Of a stretch of 64,000 nt of DNA, positions 25,829-35,880 are shown in pieces (position 1 is the first letter of the stretch; each line of letters opens with the position of its first letter). Location of the stretch: the NCBI GenBank assembly GCA_035532155.1, contig DATKRN010000022.1, positions 76,571-140,570 of the forward strand, read 5' to 3'. A model generated the notes under the pieces. That model was given only the letters and a program-made list of their open reading frames with translations, did no database searches and had not been told where the DNA came from. The stretch comes from Verrucomicrobiia bacterium (GTDB taxonomy: Bacteria > Chloroflexota > Dormibacteria > Aeolococcales > Bog-877). The position numbers were made by a program, and so were the translations under genes.

Positions 25829-28102
25829 TTGGCATACTGCCCCCGGTCCCGCCGGCCGGGCGCGACCCCGGGGCCGCCCGCTCCCTTGGGAGCCGGCGGC
25901 CCCGGCCCCCGTGCGGCCGCCGTGCCGACCCCGGAGCCCATGCGCGCGCGAAGCCTCGGCCCCACGACCCCCCGCCCCCGCACCGTACGGGCGGGCCTGC
26001 GCCGCCCCCAGCCCCCTCCCACCGGGGGCTTCCTCGCCCGCCACCGGGCCTGGCGGCTGATGGCCTGGCTGGCGGGGATGGCGGTGCTGCTCTTCGTGAT
26101 CGGGACCGGCGCGACCGCCATCGTCTACGCCTCGTTCCAGGCCGGGCTGCCCTCGGTGGCGGGCCTGCTCCAGATGGGCCCGCCCCGCGACAGCTACCTC
26201 TACTCCCAGGACGGCATCCTGCTCGCCGTGCTGCACGAGCCAGGGGTGCACCACATCCACGTCCCCCTCAGCCAGATCAGCCCCTACGTGATCGACGCCA
26301 CCGTGGCGGTCGAGGACCGCCACTTCTACCAGGGGGGCAGCGCCACCATCGGCGGCACCGACCTCCCCCGGCTGATCGAGGCCGGCCTCCATGACCTGGT
26401 CCACCGCCACAGCCTGCAGGGGGCGAGCACCATCCCCGAGCAGCTGGCGAAGATCTCCTTCCTCTCCGACAATCAGTCGCTCGCCTACAAGGTGCGCGAG
26501 CTCTTGCTGGGCGCGGAGATCTCCCAGCGGTACACCCGCAACCAGGTGATCCAGATGTACCTCAATCGCATCGACTACGGAAATCAGGCGGTGGGAATCG
26601 GCACCGCCGCCGAGCTCTACTTCCACATCCCGTCAAGCCGGCTCGATCTGGCTCAGGCCAGCATGCTCGCGGGGGTGCCCGACGCCCCCACCCTCTTCGA
26701 CCCCCTCAACTACGTTGGGGTCCGCGGACCCAACTATGCCAAAGAGCGCCAGCAGGTGGTGCTGGAGGCGATGGTGGCCAACCACTACATCTCCCAGGCC
26801 GCCGCCAACCGCGCCTATGCCCAGCGCCTCTCCTACTTTCCGTGGGAGGACAGCGAGCCGCAGCGCGCCTCCGACTTCGTCGCCTACGCGGTGAGTCAGC
26901 TGCAGCAGCAGTTCGGCGAGTCCTACCTCAATCCCGGGGGCTGGACCATCATCACCTCGCTGGACATGCACGACCAGCTGATGGCCCAGGGGGTGGTGCA
27001 GAACCCGGCCACCCGCGCCCAGCTGGCCACCGGCTACAACATCCGTGACGCCGCCTTGGTCTCGCTCGATCCCCGCGACGGTGAGGTGCTGGCGATGGTG
27101 GGCACCAGCAACAACAACGGTCCCTGGGGGCAGATCAACATGACCACCACGCCCCGGCGTCCGGGGTCCACGTTCAAGCTCTACACCTACACCGCGGCGA
27201 TCGCGTCGGGCGAGTTCACCATGACCACCCCGGTGCTGGACGCCCCCATCGACATCAACGGCTACACCCCCCACAACTACGACTTCCTCTACCACGGGCT
27301 CTGCCCGGTGCAGAGCTGCGTTGGGAACTCCTTCAACATCCCGGCGGTCAAAGTTGAGATGGCGCTGGGCCTGCCGGTGGTGGCGAGCATGGCGGAGCGG
27401 ATGGGGGCAACCTCGCTGCTGAGCCCCGGCAACACCTATGGACCGGCCCTCACCCTAGGAGGGCTCAGCCAGGGCCTCACCGAGCTCCAGCTCGCCACCG
27501 GCGGTTCGGTGCTCGCCAGTGGCGGGGTGCTGCATCAGCCCACCGCCATCCTGCGGGTGAGCAGCGGCGGCGCGACCCTCTATCAGTACGACCCGGCGCT
27601 GAACTCGGCCCAGGTGGTGGCCCCGGCGGTGGCGTACATCATGAACGAGATGCTCTCCAACAACAACAATCGGATCCAGGAGTTCGGCCTCTACAGCCAC
27701 CTGACCCTGACCGGCCGCAAGGTCGCGGCCAAGACCGGGACCACCGACTTCCAGTACGCCAACGGTGCCTACAGTCCCAACATCGAGGACAACTGGACGG
27801 TGGGGTGGACGCCCCAGCTGCTGACCGCGATGTGGGTGGGCAACCCCAACGGAGCGCCACTCTCGGGGGTCGCCTCGGGGATCACCGGCGCCGCCCCGCT
27901 CTGGCAGGCCTACATGCAGGCGGCGCTGCAGGGACGGCCGCTGCTCTGGTATCACAAGCCCGCCGACGTGGTCCAGGTCGGCTACGGCTCGTCGGCAGAA
28001 TACTACCTGCCCAGCACGGTCACCTCCGCGTACTCGGACTATCCCTGTCCCAGCGCGTACCAGAGCGACTGGAACGGGGTCTGCCCGGCCGCCCCCGGCT
28101 GA
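25829..28102 (+). CDS. Class A penicillin-binding protein (glycosyltransferase GT51 + transpeptidase); start uncertain (25829 or 25940)
   Basis: GT51 motifs VAVEDRHFY, GASTIPEQLAK, RELLLGAEISQRYTRNQVIQMYLN; TPase motifs STFK, KTGTT; single N-terminal TM. Confidence 0.9.
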   Translation: MAYCPRSRRPGATPGPPAPLGAGGPGPRAAAVPTPEPMRARSLGPTTPRPRTVRAGLRRPQPPPTGGFLARHRAWRLMAWLAGMAVLLFVIGTGATAIVYASFQAGLPSVAGLLQMGPPRDSYLYSQDGILLAVLHEPGVHHIHVPLSQISPYVIDATVAVEDRHFYQGGSATIGGTDLPRLIEAGLHDLVHRHSLQGASTIPEQLAKISFLSDNQSLAYKVRELLLGAEISQRYTRNQVIQMYLNRIDYGNQAVGIGTAAELYFHIPSSRLDLAQASMLAGVPDAPTLFDPLNYVGVRGPNYAKERQQVVLEAMVANHYISQAAANRAYAQRLSYFPWEDSEPQRASDFVAYAVSQLQQQFGESYLNPGGWTIITSLDMHDQLMAQGVVQNPATRAQLATGYNIRDAALVSLDPRDGEVLAMVGTSNNNGPWGQINMTTTPRRPGSTFKLYTYTAAIASGEFTMTTPVLDAPIDINGYTPHNYDFLYHGLCPVQSCVGNSFNIPAVKVEMALGLPVVASMAERMGATSLLSPGNTYGPALTLGGLSQGLTELQLATGGSVLASGGVLHQPTAILRVSSGGATLYQYDPALNSAQVVAPAVAYIMNEMLSNNNNRIQEFGLYSHLTLTGRKVAAKTGTTDFQYANGAYSPNIEDNWTVGWTPQLLTAMWVGNPNGAPLSGVASGITGAAPLWQAYMQAALQGRPLLWYHKPADVVQVGYGSSAEYYLPSTVTSAYSDYPCPSAYQSDWNGVCPAAPG

Positions 28103-28114
28103 GGCGCGAGCGGG

Positions 28115-28486
28115 TCAGCTGGCGGCGGCGGCCCGCAGGCGTGGGGTGCGCGGGCGCACGGGTCGCGCCGGCCCCCACAGGCCCTCCAGATCGTAGTAGG
28201 CGCGCTCCCCCGGCAGGAACACGTGGGCGATCACGCTGTCGAAGTCGAGGCAGGCCCACGACCCCTCGTCGGTGCCGGTGGCGGACAGCGCCGCGTTGCC
28301 CCGATGCCGACCCTGCTCCACCATCGCCTCCGCGATCGCACGCACCTGGCGGTCGGTGTCGCCCTCGCAGATGACGAAGTAATCGGCCAAGGTGGTGCGC
28401 TGGCGCACGTCGATGCGCACCACGTCCCGGGCCTTGCGGTCGAGGGCGGCGTCGGCGATGAGGCGGCTCAGCTGGAGTGGGGTCAC
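28115..28486 (-). CDS. rsfS: Ribosome silencing factor RsfS (iojap)
   Basis: DRKARDVVRIDVRQRTTLADYFVICEGDTDRQVRAIAE...WACLDFDSVIAHVFLPGERAYYDLEGLW. Confidence 0.9.
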   Translation of the reverse strand: MTPLQLSRLIADAALDRKARDVVRIDVRQRTTLADYFVICEGDTDRQVRAIAEAMVEQGRHRGNAALSATGTDEGSWACLDFDSVIAHVFLPGERAYYDLEGLWGPARPVRPRTPRLRAAAAS

Positions 28487-28495
28487 GGAGCGCGA

Positions 28496-29170
28496 TTATC
28501 CCACCCGGCCGCCGCCCTCGCGATCGCGGCGGGCGGTGAGCCCCGCGCGCGTCCTCGGCGAGCGGGCGGGTCCCCGCTCCCGGTAGAGGCCGTGGGCGGC
28601 GATGTAGGCGGCGACCGCGGCGGGGAGCACGTCGTCGCAGCGATCCCCCCGGCCCAGCCGGGCGCGCACCCCGGTGGCGCTCACCGCCGGGGTGTCGATC
28701 ACCACCCGGGTGAGCCCGGTCGGCTCGTCCCGGCCCCGGAGCCAGCCGGGGGCGAGCGGCGGAGCTCCGGGGCGCTCGTAGAGCAGCAGCGGCACCCGCT
28801 GCAGCAGCTCGTCGACGTGGTCCCAGGTGGGCAGGCCCCGGGCGGCGTCGGCGCCCAGCCCGAGCCAGAAGTGGACGCCAGGATGGCGCGCCTGGAGCTG
28901 CGCGACCGTGTCGCGGGTGAACGAGACCCCCCTGCGCTCGACCTCGCACGCGCTGACGCCGAGGCGGGGCCGATCCGCCACCGCCAGCTGCACCATCTCG
29001 AGCCGATCGCCGGCGGGGGCGGCGGGGGCGGGCCGGTGGGGCGGCATGTAGCTGGGAACCAGCCAGGTCGCCTCCGCCGCGACGGCGGCGGACAGCCCCT
29101 CGGCGGCGGCCAGGTGGCCGAGATGCACGGGGTCGAAGGTCCCGCCCAGGAGGACGACCGTCTCGGTCAT
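28496..29170 (-). CDS. nadD: Nicotinate-nucleotide adenylyltransferase
   Basis: LGGTFDPVHLGHL (HxGH-type motif), ...ISATGVRARL-like VSATGVRARL. Confidence 0.88.
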   Translation of the reverse strand: MTETVVLLGGTFDPVHLGHLAAAEGLSAAVAAEATWLVPSYMPPHRPAPAAPAGDRLEMVQLAVADRPRLGVSACEVERRGVSFTRDTVAQLQARHPGVHFWLGLGADAARGLPTWDHVDELLQRVPLLLYERPGAPPLAPGWLRGRDEPTGLTRVVIDTPAVSATGVRARLGRGDRCDDVLPAAVAAYIAAHGLYRERGPARSPRTRAGLTARRDREGGGRVG

Positions 29171-29171
29171 C

Positions 29172-30554
29172 TCACCCGGCGGGAGCGGCCGGCCCGTCGG
29201 GGACGTAGGTGAAGGCGTGCTCGCCGATCAGGACCTGGTCGCCGGCGGCGGCGCCCAGCCGCCGCAACTCGGCCTCCAGGCCGGCACGGCGGAAGCGCTG
29301 CTGCAGTCTCAGCGTCCCTTCCGGGTCATCGAGGTCGGTCATCGCGGTCAGGCGCACCAGGGTCGGGTCGCGCACCACGAACCCCTGGGTGGTGCGGAGC
29401 ACATCCCCCACCGTGCCCCGGGCAGGCGGGCCCTGATACAGCCGGAAGGTCGGGTCCCGGCCGCGAGTTGACTCGCGGCGCAGCTCCCGCCGGCTGCGGG
29501 CGCTTGCGGCGGGCCCGAGCAGGGACGGTCCGGTCGTGGCGGCGGGCGCATCCACAGCGCCGGAGACGGCCGCCGCAGCCGCCGCCAGCAGGCGGTCCGC
29601 CCCCGCGCCGGTGAGAGCGGAGACCGCATGGGCGAGGTCGGGGTCCACCCGGGCGCGCTCCAGGCTGCGCTGCAGCGAGCGGAGCTGTCGCGGCTCGACC
29701 GCATCGACCTTGTTGAGCGCGAGCAGGCGGGGCTTGGCGGCCAGCTCGGGACTGTGCGCGGCCAGCTCGGCAGCCACCGCTCGGATGGACCTGAGCACCA
29801 CCGGCGCCGGCTGGGTGGCGTCGACCAGATGGACCAGCACCCGGGTGCGCACCAAATGGCGCAGAAAGGCGATCCCCAACCCGGCCCCCAGGTGCGCCCC
29901 CTCGATCAGGCCGGGGACGTCGGCCACCACCACCGGACGCCCGTCGGGCGCCTCCGCGACGCCGAGGTTGGGGCTGAGCGTGGTGAAGGGATAGTCGGCG
30001 ATCCTCGGGTGGGCGCCGGTCCAGGCCGCCAGCAGGGTCGACTTGCCGCTGTTGGGCAGCCCCACCAGCCCGATGTCAGCGATCACCCTCAGCTCCAGGC
30101 GCACCGATCGGGCTTCGCCCGGCTCGCCCAGCTCGCGCAGCCGCGGAGCCCGCTGCACGGCGCTGGCGAAGGCGGCATTGCCGCGCCCGCCCCGGCCGCC
30201 GCGGGCCACCACCACGGCGGCGCCCGGGTGGGCGAGGTCGCCGAGGCCGGCCCCTGTGACCCCATCGGTGACGACCGTGCCGACCGGCACCGCCAGGCGA
30301 CGCTCGTCTCCGGCGGCGCCGTGCTTGTGCGCCCCGGCCCCGGGACGGCCATCGCCGGCGTGGACCTGGTGGGCGGTGAGGTAGGCCTGCAGCGAGGTGA
30401 GGTGCGGGTCGGCCACCACCAGCACGTCGCCGCCCCGGCCCCCGTCACCCCCGTCGGGTCCGCCCTGGGGAACGAACTTCTCGCGCCGGAAGCTGGCGGC
30501 GCCCGAGCCGCCCCGACCGGCCGCCACCGCGACGGTCACGTCGTCGACGAACAT
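29172..30554 (-). CDS. obg: GTPase Obg/CgtA
   Basis: MFVDDVTVAVAAGRGGSGAASFRREKFVPQGGPDGGDGGRGGDV (Obg fold), G1 GLPNSGKST, G3 DVPGLIEGA, NKVD; C-terminal OCT-like domain. Confidence 0.93.
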   Translation of the reverse strand: MFVDDVTVAVAAGRGGSGAASFRREKFVPQGGPDGGDGGRGGDVLVVADPHLTSLQAYLTAHQVHAGDGRPGAGAHKHGAAGDERRLAVPVGTVVTDGVTGAGLGDLAHPGAAVVVARGGRGGRGNAAFASAVQRAPRLRELGEPGEARSVRLELRVIADIGLVGLPNSGKSTLLAAWTGAHPRIADYPFTTLSPNLGVAEAPDGRPVVVADVPGLIEGAHLGAGLGIAFLRHLVRTRVLVHLVDATQPAPVVLRSIRAVAAELAAHSPELAAKPRLLALNKVDAVEPRQLRSLQRSLERARVDPDLAHAVSALTGAGADRLLAAAAAAVSGAVDAPAATTGPSLLGPAASARSRRELRRESTRGRDPTFRLYQGPPARGTVGDVLRTTQGFVVRDPTLVRLTAMTDLDDPEGTLRLQQRFRRAGLEAELRRLGAAAGDQVLIGEHAFTYVPDGPAAPAG

Positions 30555-30597
30555 CGCCCGCTGTCAGCCGGGGGCGGCCAGGATCGCCGCGCCGGAC

Positions 30598-30858
30598 TCA
30601 GGCCGCAGCTGGGACGATCCGGACCCGGGTGCGATCGGCGCCGTGGCGGTCGTACACGACCGCGCCGGCGGCGAGGGCGAACAGGGTGTGATCGCGACCC
30701 ACCCCGACGTGCTCCCCGGCCAGGATCCGAGTTCCGCGCTGGCGCACCAGCACCGCGCCCGCTCCGATCACCTGGCCCCCGTGAACCTTGACCCCAAGCC
30801 GCTGCGATTGGCTGTCGCGGCCGTTGCGGCTGCTGCCGCCCCCTTTCTTATGCGCCAT
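30598..30858 (-). CDS. rpmA: 50S ribosomal protein L27
   Basis: [29 protein letters not shown]... Confidence 0.95.
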   Translation of the reverse strand: MAHKKGGGSSRNGRDSQSQRLGVKVHGGQVIGAGAVLVRQRGTRILAGEHVGVGRDHTLFALAAGAVVYDRHGADRTRVRIVPAAA

Positions 30859-31369
30859 CGCTCGGCGCCTCCGGGGCGGGCCGCCGCCGAGCCGGGGGCG
30901 CGGCGGGAGCGGGGACGGCGGTGGGAGCAGGGGCGGCGGTGGGAGCAGGGCCGGCGGCAGCCAAGGACTCGGCCTCGACCGCGGCGGTCGGCCCGACCTC
31001 CCTCACCCCGGCGGGCACGGCGGAACGGCGCACCGGCTCGGCCGGCGGCACTCCGGGCCCGTCCACCGAGTCGATCCGCACCTCCGTGAGGGCGGCCCGG
31101 AATCCCATCCGACGACGGTAGCGCTTCTTGGGCTTGTACTTGAAGACGATGATCTTCTCGCCGCGCGGGTGCCCCAGCACCGTGGCTCCCACCCGGGCCC
31201 CGGCGACGACCGGGGTGCCGACCAGGGCCTCGCCGCCCTCGGGGACGAGCAGCCGCACGTCCTCGAACTGGATTGTGCTGCCCGGCTCGGCGAACATCCG
31301 GTCGACCATCAGCCGCTCCCCGGGCTGGACCCGGTACTGGCGACCGCCGGCCTGGATGATGGCGTACAT
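30848..31369 (-). CDS. rplU: 50S ribosomal protein L21 with ~70-aa Ala/Pro-rich C-terminal extension
   Basis: [20 protein letters not shown]...[20 protein letters not shown]; the tail ...[36 protein letters not shown] overlaps the rpmA start by 11 nt. Confidence 0.9.
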   Translation of the reverse strand: MYAIIQAGGRQYRVQPGERLMVDRMFAEPGSTIQFEDVRLLVPEGGEALVGTPVVAGARVGATVLGHPRGEKIIVFKYKPKKRYRRRMGFRAALTEVRIDSVDGPGVPPAEPVRRSAVPAGVREVGPTAAVEAESLAAAGPAPTAAPAPTAVPAPAAPPARRRPAPEAPSDGA

Positions 31370-31531
31370 CGCGTCCTTTCGCTCCCGCTGCGCCCGGGTT
31401 GGTGCCGGGCGGTGGCGCCGGACCGCGGGTCCGGACACGGGCACGCACGACCACCGCGCGGCCCACCGTGCCCTGGGAAGTGTAGCAGAGATCCAGAGCG
31501 GATCCGGGCGCGGCCACGATCCCGCGCCGGC

Positions 31532-32557
31532 TCAGGAGACCGCAACCGCAGCCAGCGCCGCGAAGTTCTGCAGGGTGGCGACCGCGGTGCCCGACCCACT
31601 GATGAGGCTGGCGCTGCAGGCGTAGCTTCCGGACGGGTCGACCGCCGCCACCTGGACCTGGAACGTCAGGGAGAGCAGCCCCGGCCCCGCCCGGCCCGCC
31701 CCGGGGACGTCGTACCCGGTCCAGATCGGCAGCGTGGAACCGACGATCGGCGCGGTCGCTCCGCTGGTGCTGGCGGTGCCGCCGACGGTGCGGGTGCCAA
31801 GGTAGGTGAAGCCCTCGGGGAGGGTCAGGCTGAGGACCGTGTTGACGGCGGTCCCGCTGCCGCTGTTGGTGATGATTGCCTGGTAGGTGACGACCGTGCC
31901 GGCGGCGGCGAGGGCCGGGGTCGCCCTTAGGCCGAGGCTGAGGCTGGGCGCCGGCTGGACGGCCACCGTGACCGGCCGTCCGTCCTGCTCCGCGCTGGTG
32001 GCGGCGGTGAGCACCACCGGGGTCAGCTGGTACCGCCCGGGCGATCCCTGGGCCAAGACCTGGATGGTCACCGAGACGAAGGCGGGCGCGCCGGGACTCG
32101 ACGGGGGGATCGTCCACGCCCCCCACACCGGGCTGGGCGCTCCGCTCGGGGGGTCAACGTCGGCGGTGCGCACCGACCCTCCGACCTCCGCGATCGAGAG
32201 GGTGGAGAGGTAGCGCAGGCTCGCCGGCAGCGCGATCCGCAGGGCCACCCCGCTGGCGGCCTGCTGGGTGTCGTTCGCCAGGGTCACCTGCAGCGAGCCG
32301 ACCTGTCCTTGGGGGATCGGCGCTGTGGTCGGGTTGCCGCCGCCGTCCACCAAAGAACTCGTGACCGAGAGCGTGACCGCGCCGCTTCCCCCGCACCCCG
32401 CCAGCCCCAGCCCGGCGATCAGCACCGCCCCCGCTCCGCCGGCGAGGCGCCGCAGCCGCCTCCCCCCACCGCCCCCGCGGCGGGCCCGCGCAGCCCCGCT
32501 CGCCGTCACGCCCGCGCGAGCGGACTCAGCGAAGCCCGAGCCCGCTCCGACTCGCAC
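31532..32557 (-). CDS. Predicted lipoprotein with two DUF11/CARDB-like beta-sandwich repeats
   Basis: Lipobox GLGLAGC after a basic N-terminus. Two repeats: ...LQVTLANDTQQAASGVALRIALPASLRY... and ...VVTYQAIITNSGSGTAVNTVLSLTLPEGFTY... Confidence 0.7.
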   Translation of the reverse strand: MRVGAGSGFAESARAGVTASGAARARRGGGGGRRLRRLAGGAGAVLIAGLGLAGCGGSGAVTLSVTSSLVDGGGNPTTAPIPQGQVGSLQVTLANDTQQAASGVALRIALPASLRYLSTLSIAEVGGSVRTADVDPPSGAPSPVWGAWTIPPSSPGAPAFVSVTIQVLAQGSPGRYQLTPVVLTAATSAEQDGRPVTVAVQPAPSLSLGLRATPALAAAGTVVTYQAIITNSGSGTAVNTVLSLTLPEGFTYLGTRTVGGTASTSGATAPIVGSTLPIWTGYDVPGAGRAGPGLLSLTFQVQVAAVDPSGSYACSASLISGSGTAVATLQNFAALAAVAVS

Positions 32558-33203
32558 TCGCGAGCGGCCGGCGGGTCGCGGCGGTCTTGCCCAGGACCAG
32601 GTGCCAGTCGGGAGCGGTCGGCAGCGGGTGAGGGTAGCCCACCTCAGTGAGGAGACGCACGGCGAGCTGGCAGTCCAGCCCGATCACGGTGTCCATCCGC
32701 CCGGCGACCGCGTCCACCAGGGCGCCGCCGAGCCCCTGGACGGCATAGCCTCCGGCCTTGTCGAGGGGCTCCCCGCCGGCGACGTAGTGATCGAGCTCGC
32801 CGTCCTCGAAGTCACGCATTCGCACGGCCGCCCGCGACACCCCCATCCGCTCGGCACCGGTGCGGGTGGCGAGCGTGCAGACCCCGGTGAGGACGGTGTG
32901 ACGCTGCCCGCGCAGGAGCGTCAGCATCTCGCGCGCCCGCTCGGCTGTCAGGGGCTTGCCCAGCGGGCCGGTCGGGCCCACGACCATCGTATCGGCCGCC
33001 ACGATGTAGACGTCCTCGCCGCGGAAACCTTCCGCCACCTGCTGCGCCTTCATCCGCGCCACCAGCTGGATCGCGAGTTCGGTGCAGAGCCCGGGCTGGA
33101 GCGTCTCGATGGCAGCCGGATCGACGACTCGGAAGCGCAGCCCGAGGCGCTGCAGCAGATGGTGCCGCCGCTCAGAACCGGATGCCAGGACCAGGTCAGC
33201 CAC
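32526..33203 (-). CDS. maf: Maf-like nucleoside triphosphate pyrophosphatase (septum formation protein Maf)
   Basis: LVLASGSERRHHLLQRLGL...DTMVV...KAGGYAVQG; GTG at 33203 lies 7 nt after GGAGGAGG. Confidence 0.88.
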   Translation of the reverse strand: MADLVLASGSERRHHLLQRLGLRFRVVDPAAIETLQPGLCTELAIQLVARMKAQQVAEGFRGEDVYIVAADTMVVGPTGPLGKPLTAERAREMLTLLRGQRHTVLTGVCTLATRTGAERMGVSRAAVRMRDFEDGELDHYVAGGEPLDKAGGYAVQGLGGALVDAVAGRMDTVIGLDCQLAVRLLTEVGYPHPLPTAPDWHLVLGKTAATRRPLASASRSGLGLR

Positions 33204-33281
33204 CGGGTGCCTCCTCCCACGGTGCGAACCCGGGGCGCGTCCCGCGTCCACGCCTCCTGCCTACTGCCCCGAAGTCTAGCA

Positions 33282-34031
33282 TCAGGGCCACTCGCGGCCG
33301 GGAGCAGCGGGCCGCCAGCGGGCGACAAGACGGTGGGCGGCGGCCAAGCCCGCCCCCACCGCGGCCCACAGAGCGACGGCCGCAACCGGGTCGAAGCGGC
33401 TGATCGTGGGCGCCATCAGCACCGTGACGATGGCGCTGTGGGCGGCCCAGGACACCGCGCGGGGCCGATCCCCGTGGTCGCGCGCCCCGGCCAGCCCGGG
33501 CAGGATGACCGCGATCCCCGCCCCGGCTGCCAGCCGGAGCACGGTGGGACCGGTCCCCGCGTGCGCCAGCAGGGCCGGCCAGCCGGCCGATCCGGACCAC
33601 ACCCCACACCCGAGCAGCCCGATCGCCCAGCTGGCGCGCAGGCCCGGACGAGGGGGTCCGGCGATGCTGTCGGCGATCCACAGCGCCGCCACCGTCAGCG
33701 GCACGCCGAGCGACCCCACGGTCGCCGCGGCCACGCCCGGGATCGCCCCCAGGGGGGAGTCGGGCCAGGGCAGCGCCGCCACCGCGAGCCCCGCGAGCGC
33801 GATCTCCACCCCCACCATCCGGGCCCGAGCCACTCCCCCGCCCGCCTCGGGCCCGGGCCCGACCGCCCGATGGCCGCTGCCGGCGCGCACCGCTAAGGCA
33901 GCCGCCGAGCACGCGACCAAGGTGAGACCTGCGGGATAGACGACGAGCCCGGCGACCAGTCCCAGCAGGGGGAGGAGGGCGCTCACGAACGGGCTCCGGT
34001 CCGATCGAGCGGCCTCACCAGTGGACCCCAT
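33282..34031 (-). CDS. Polytopic membrane protein, unknown function (operon gene 4)
   Basis: 249 aa, Ala/Gly/Leu-rich, 0 Lys; start overlaps the upstream gene by 17 nt. Confidence 0.6.
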   Translation of the reverse strand: MGSTGEAARSDRSPFVSALLPLLGLVAGLVVYPAGLTLVACSAAALAVRAGSGHRAVGPGPEAGGGVARARMVGVEIALAGLAVAALPWPDSPLGAIPGVAAATVGSLGVPLTVAALWIADSIAGPPRPGLRASWAIGLLGCGVWSGSAGWPALLAHAGTGPTVLRLAAGAGIAVILPGLAGARDHGDRPRAVSWAAHSAIVTVLMAPTISRFDPVAAVALWAAVGAGLAAAHRLVARWRPAAPGREWP

Positions 34032-35289
34032 ACACCAGCGGGATCACCAGCGGTCCGAGGGGCCCCGCCCCGAGAGCGGCCGCCGCGACCAGCCAGCGTG
34101 ATACCCCCGCGAGGCGATGGGCGGAGCTCGACGCCTCCTCACCGCCCTCCGGGGGGGTCCTCAGTCCGCGCAGGGCCCCGCGGACGCCGGCGAGGAGCAG
34201 CCCGCCCATGGCGAGCGTCACCAGAGCTGTGGGAGTGAACGCGACCGTCGAGACCGCGGCCAGGATCAGCAGGCGGGCGGGGAAGGCGCCCAGCGGGGGG
34301 AGACCGCCGGCCGCGAGCCAGCCGGCGACCCGCACCGCCGCGGGCGCCCGGGCCGTCAGGGTGGCGGGGACCAGCAGGGTGACCACCAGCAGCAGCAGCG
34401 TGCCCAGCAGGCCGTCCAGCCGCCCGGTACTGAGCCCCGCCACCATGAGGCCGACATCGGCGGCCTGCACGGCGGCCGCCCGGACCGGGTCGGACCCGGC
34501 GGCGGCGATGGCGGCCCACACCACCGCGGTGGCGAGGCCCAGGCCGAGCAGGAGGACTTGCAGCGGCGCCGCCGCCTCGCCGGGCAGGCCGGCGAGCAGG
34601 ATCGCCGACCCGAGGACACCGACCGGGATGCACCAGGTGAGCGCCAGGTCGGCATCCGCTCCCGGGAGCCCCGAGGCGAGCACGCCCCAGGGCGTGAAGG
34701 GGACCAGTCCGACCGCCGCGGCCAGAGCGAGGGCGAGGCAGATTCCCACCACCGGCGGGGCGGTGCGGCCCAGGCCCACCGTGGACGCGAGCGCGACCCC
34801 CGCCAGCAGGCCGACCCCCGTGATCGCCCCCGACCGCACCGCGCCCGCCCGGAGCGTTCCGGGGCCCGCCACCCTGCCCCATCGGACCGCCACCGCTAGG
34901 GGGAGCAGGGTGAGCAGGAGGGCAAGCGGGACCAGGCCGCGGGCGCTCAGCGCCAGCACGGCGATGGGAGCGACCAGGACGGCCACGATCGGGGCGGAGC
35001 GCGGGCCCTGCGCGTCCCGTCGGCTGAGGTGCCGGAGGGCGCCGGCGACCGCGGTCAGGGCGAGCAGGCCGGCTCCCACCCGGGAGAGCGCGAGGGTCCC
35101 CAGGCCGGTCGACAGGCGGGCCGGGGACAGGCCCGCGTGGCCCCAGGGTCCGAACATCAGGACGATGGGCCATCCGCCCGCCGCCGCCAGGGCGATCGCC
35201 GCTGCCCGTGGGGAGCGCAGCCGGGGACGCCCCCACAGCACCGCCAGCACCGCGGCCCCGCCACATCCCGCCAGCAGCCGCGCGGTCAT
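34015..35289 (-). CDS. Polytopic membrane protein, remotely NuoN/MrpD-like (operon gene 3)
   Basis: 424 aa, 0 Lys; WLAAGGLPPLGAFPARLLILAAV resembles the NuoN LSLAGiPPlaGFxgK motif with Lys->Arg; ATGA overlap with the upstream gene at 35286-35289. Confidence 0.6.
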   Translation of the reverse strand: MTARLLAGCGGAAVLAVLWGRPRLRSPRAAAIALAAAGGWPIVLMFGPWGHAGLSPARLSTGLGTLALSRVGAGLLALTAVAGALRHLSRRDAQGPRSAPIVAVLVAPIAVLALSARGLVPLALLLTLLPLAVAVRWGRVAGPGTLRAGAVRSGAITGVGLLAGVALASTVGLGRTAPPVVGICLALALAAAVGLVPFTPWGVLASGLPGADADLALTWCIPVGVLGSAILLAGLPGEAAAPLQVLLLGLGLATAVVWAAIAAAGSDPVRAAAVQAADVGLMVAGLSTGRLDGLLGTLLLLVVTLLVPATLTARAPAAVRVAGWLAAGGLPPLGAFPARLLILAAVSTVAFTPTALVTLAMGGLLLAGVRGALRGLRTPPEGGEEASSSAHRLAGVSRWLVAAAALGAGPLGPLVIPLVYGVHW

Positions 35290-35876
35290 CGGACACGCCC
35301 CCAGCCAGGGATCGCGACCAGAATGCAGCCCGCCGCCGCGACGGCCACGGCCAGGGCCGCCACCGCCAACTTCTCGGTCCCGCCGCCGAGGAGGAGGAAG
35401 GCCGAGGTCGCGACCGCGGCCGCGAGCAGGCCGACCGCGGTCTCGACGGCGGTCCGCGCCAGCCCCGCCCGCATGAGGGCGACCTCCCAGAGGAAGGCGC
35501 AGCTGAACACCGGCGCGGGGGTGGCGACCAACCCGGCGGCGAGGTGCCCGGCCAGCCAGCGGGCCGCCAGCAACGCGATGACCCCGCCCGCCACCCGGAG
35601 CGCGCGCGCGCCGAAGAGCTCGGCCAACGCGGGCACCAGCAGCGCCCCGGTCCCGCCCGGCCCCGGTCTGCCGCCGACCGCGATCGCGACAGCGGCAAGA
35701 CCGCTGGGCACGCTCACCACGAGGAAGGCGCCCGGGCCTCCCGCCAGGCTGGCGATCCCGCCGCCACCGAGGCCCAGGGCGGCGGCCGCCACCGCGGCCC
35801 CGCGCCGACCGTCCGCGAGCAACGCCACCAGCCCGGCGCAGGTGGCAGCCAGAGCGAGCCAGCCCGGTGTGGTCAT
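35286..35876 (-). CDS. Polytopic membrane protein, unknown function (operon gene 2)
   Basis: 196 aa from the ATG at 35876 (preceded by GGTGAGGGG, 5 nt after the stop of the upstream gene); the single Lys of the operon is here. Confidence 0.55.
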   Translation of the reverse strand: MTTPGWLALAATCAGLVALLADGRRGAAVAAAALGLGGGGIASLAGGPGAFLVVSVPSGLAAVAIAVGGRPGPGGTGALLVPALAELFGARALRVAGGVIALLAARWLAGHLAAGLVATPAPVFSCAFLWEVALMRAGLARTAVETAVGLLAAAVATSAFLLLGGGTEKLAVAALAVAVAAAGCILVAIPGWGRVR

Positions 35877-35880
35877 CCCC

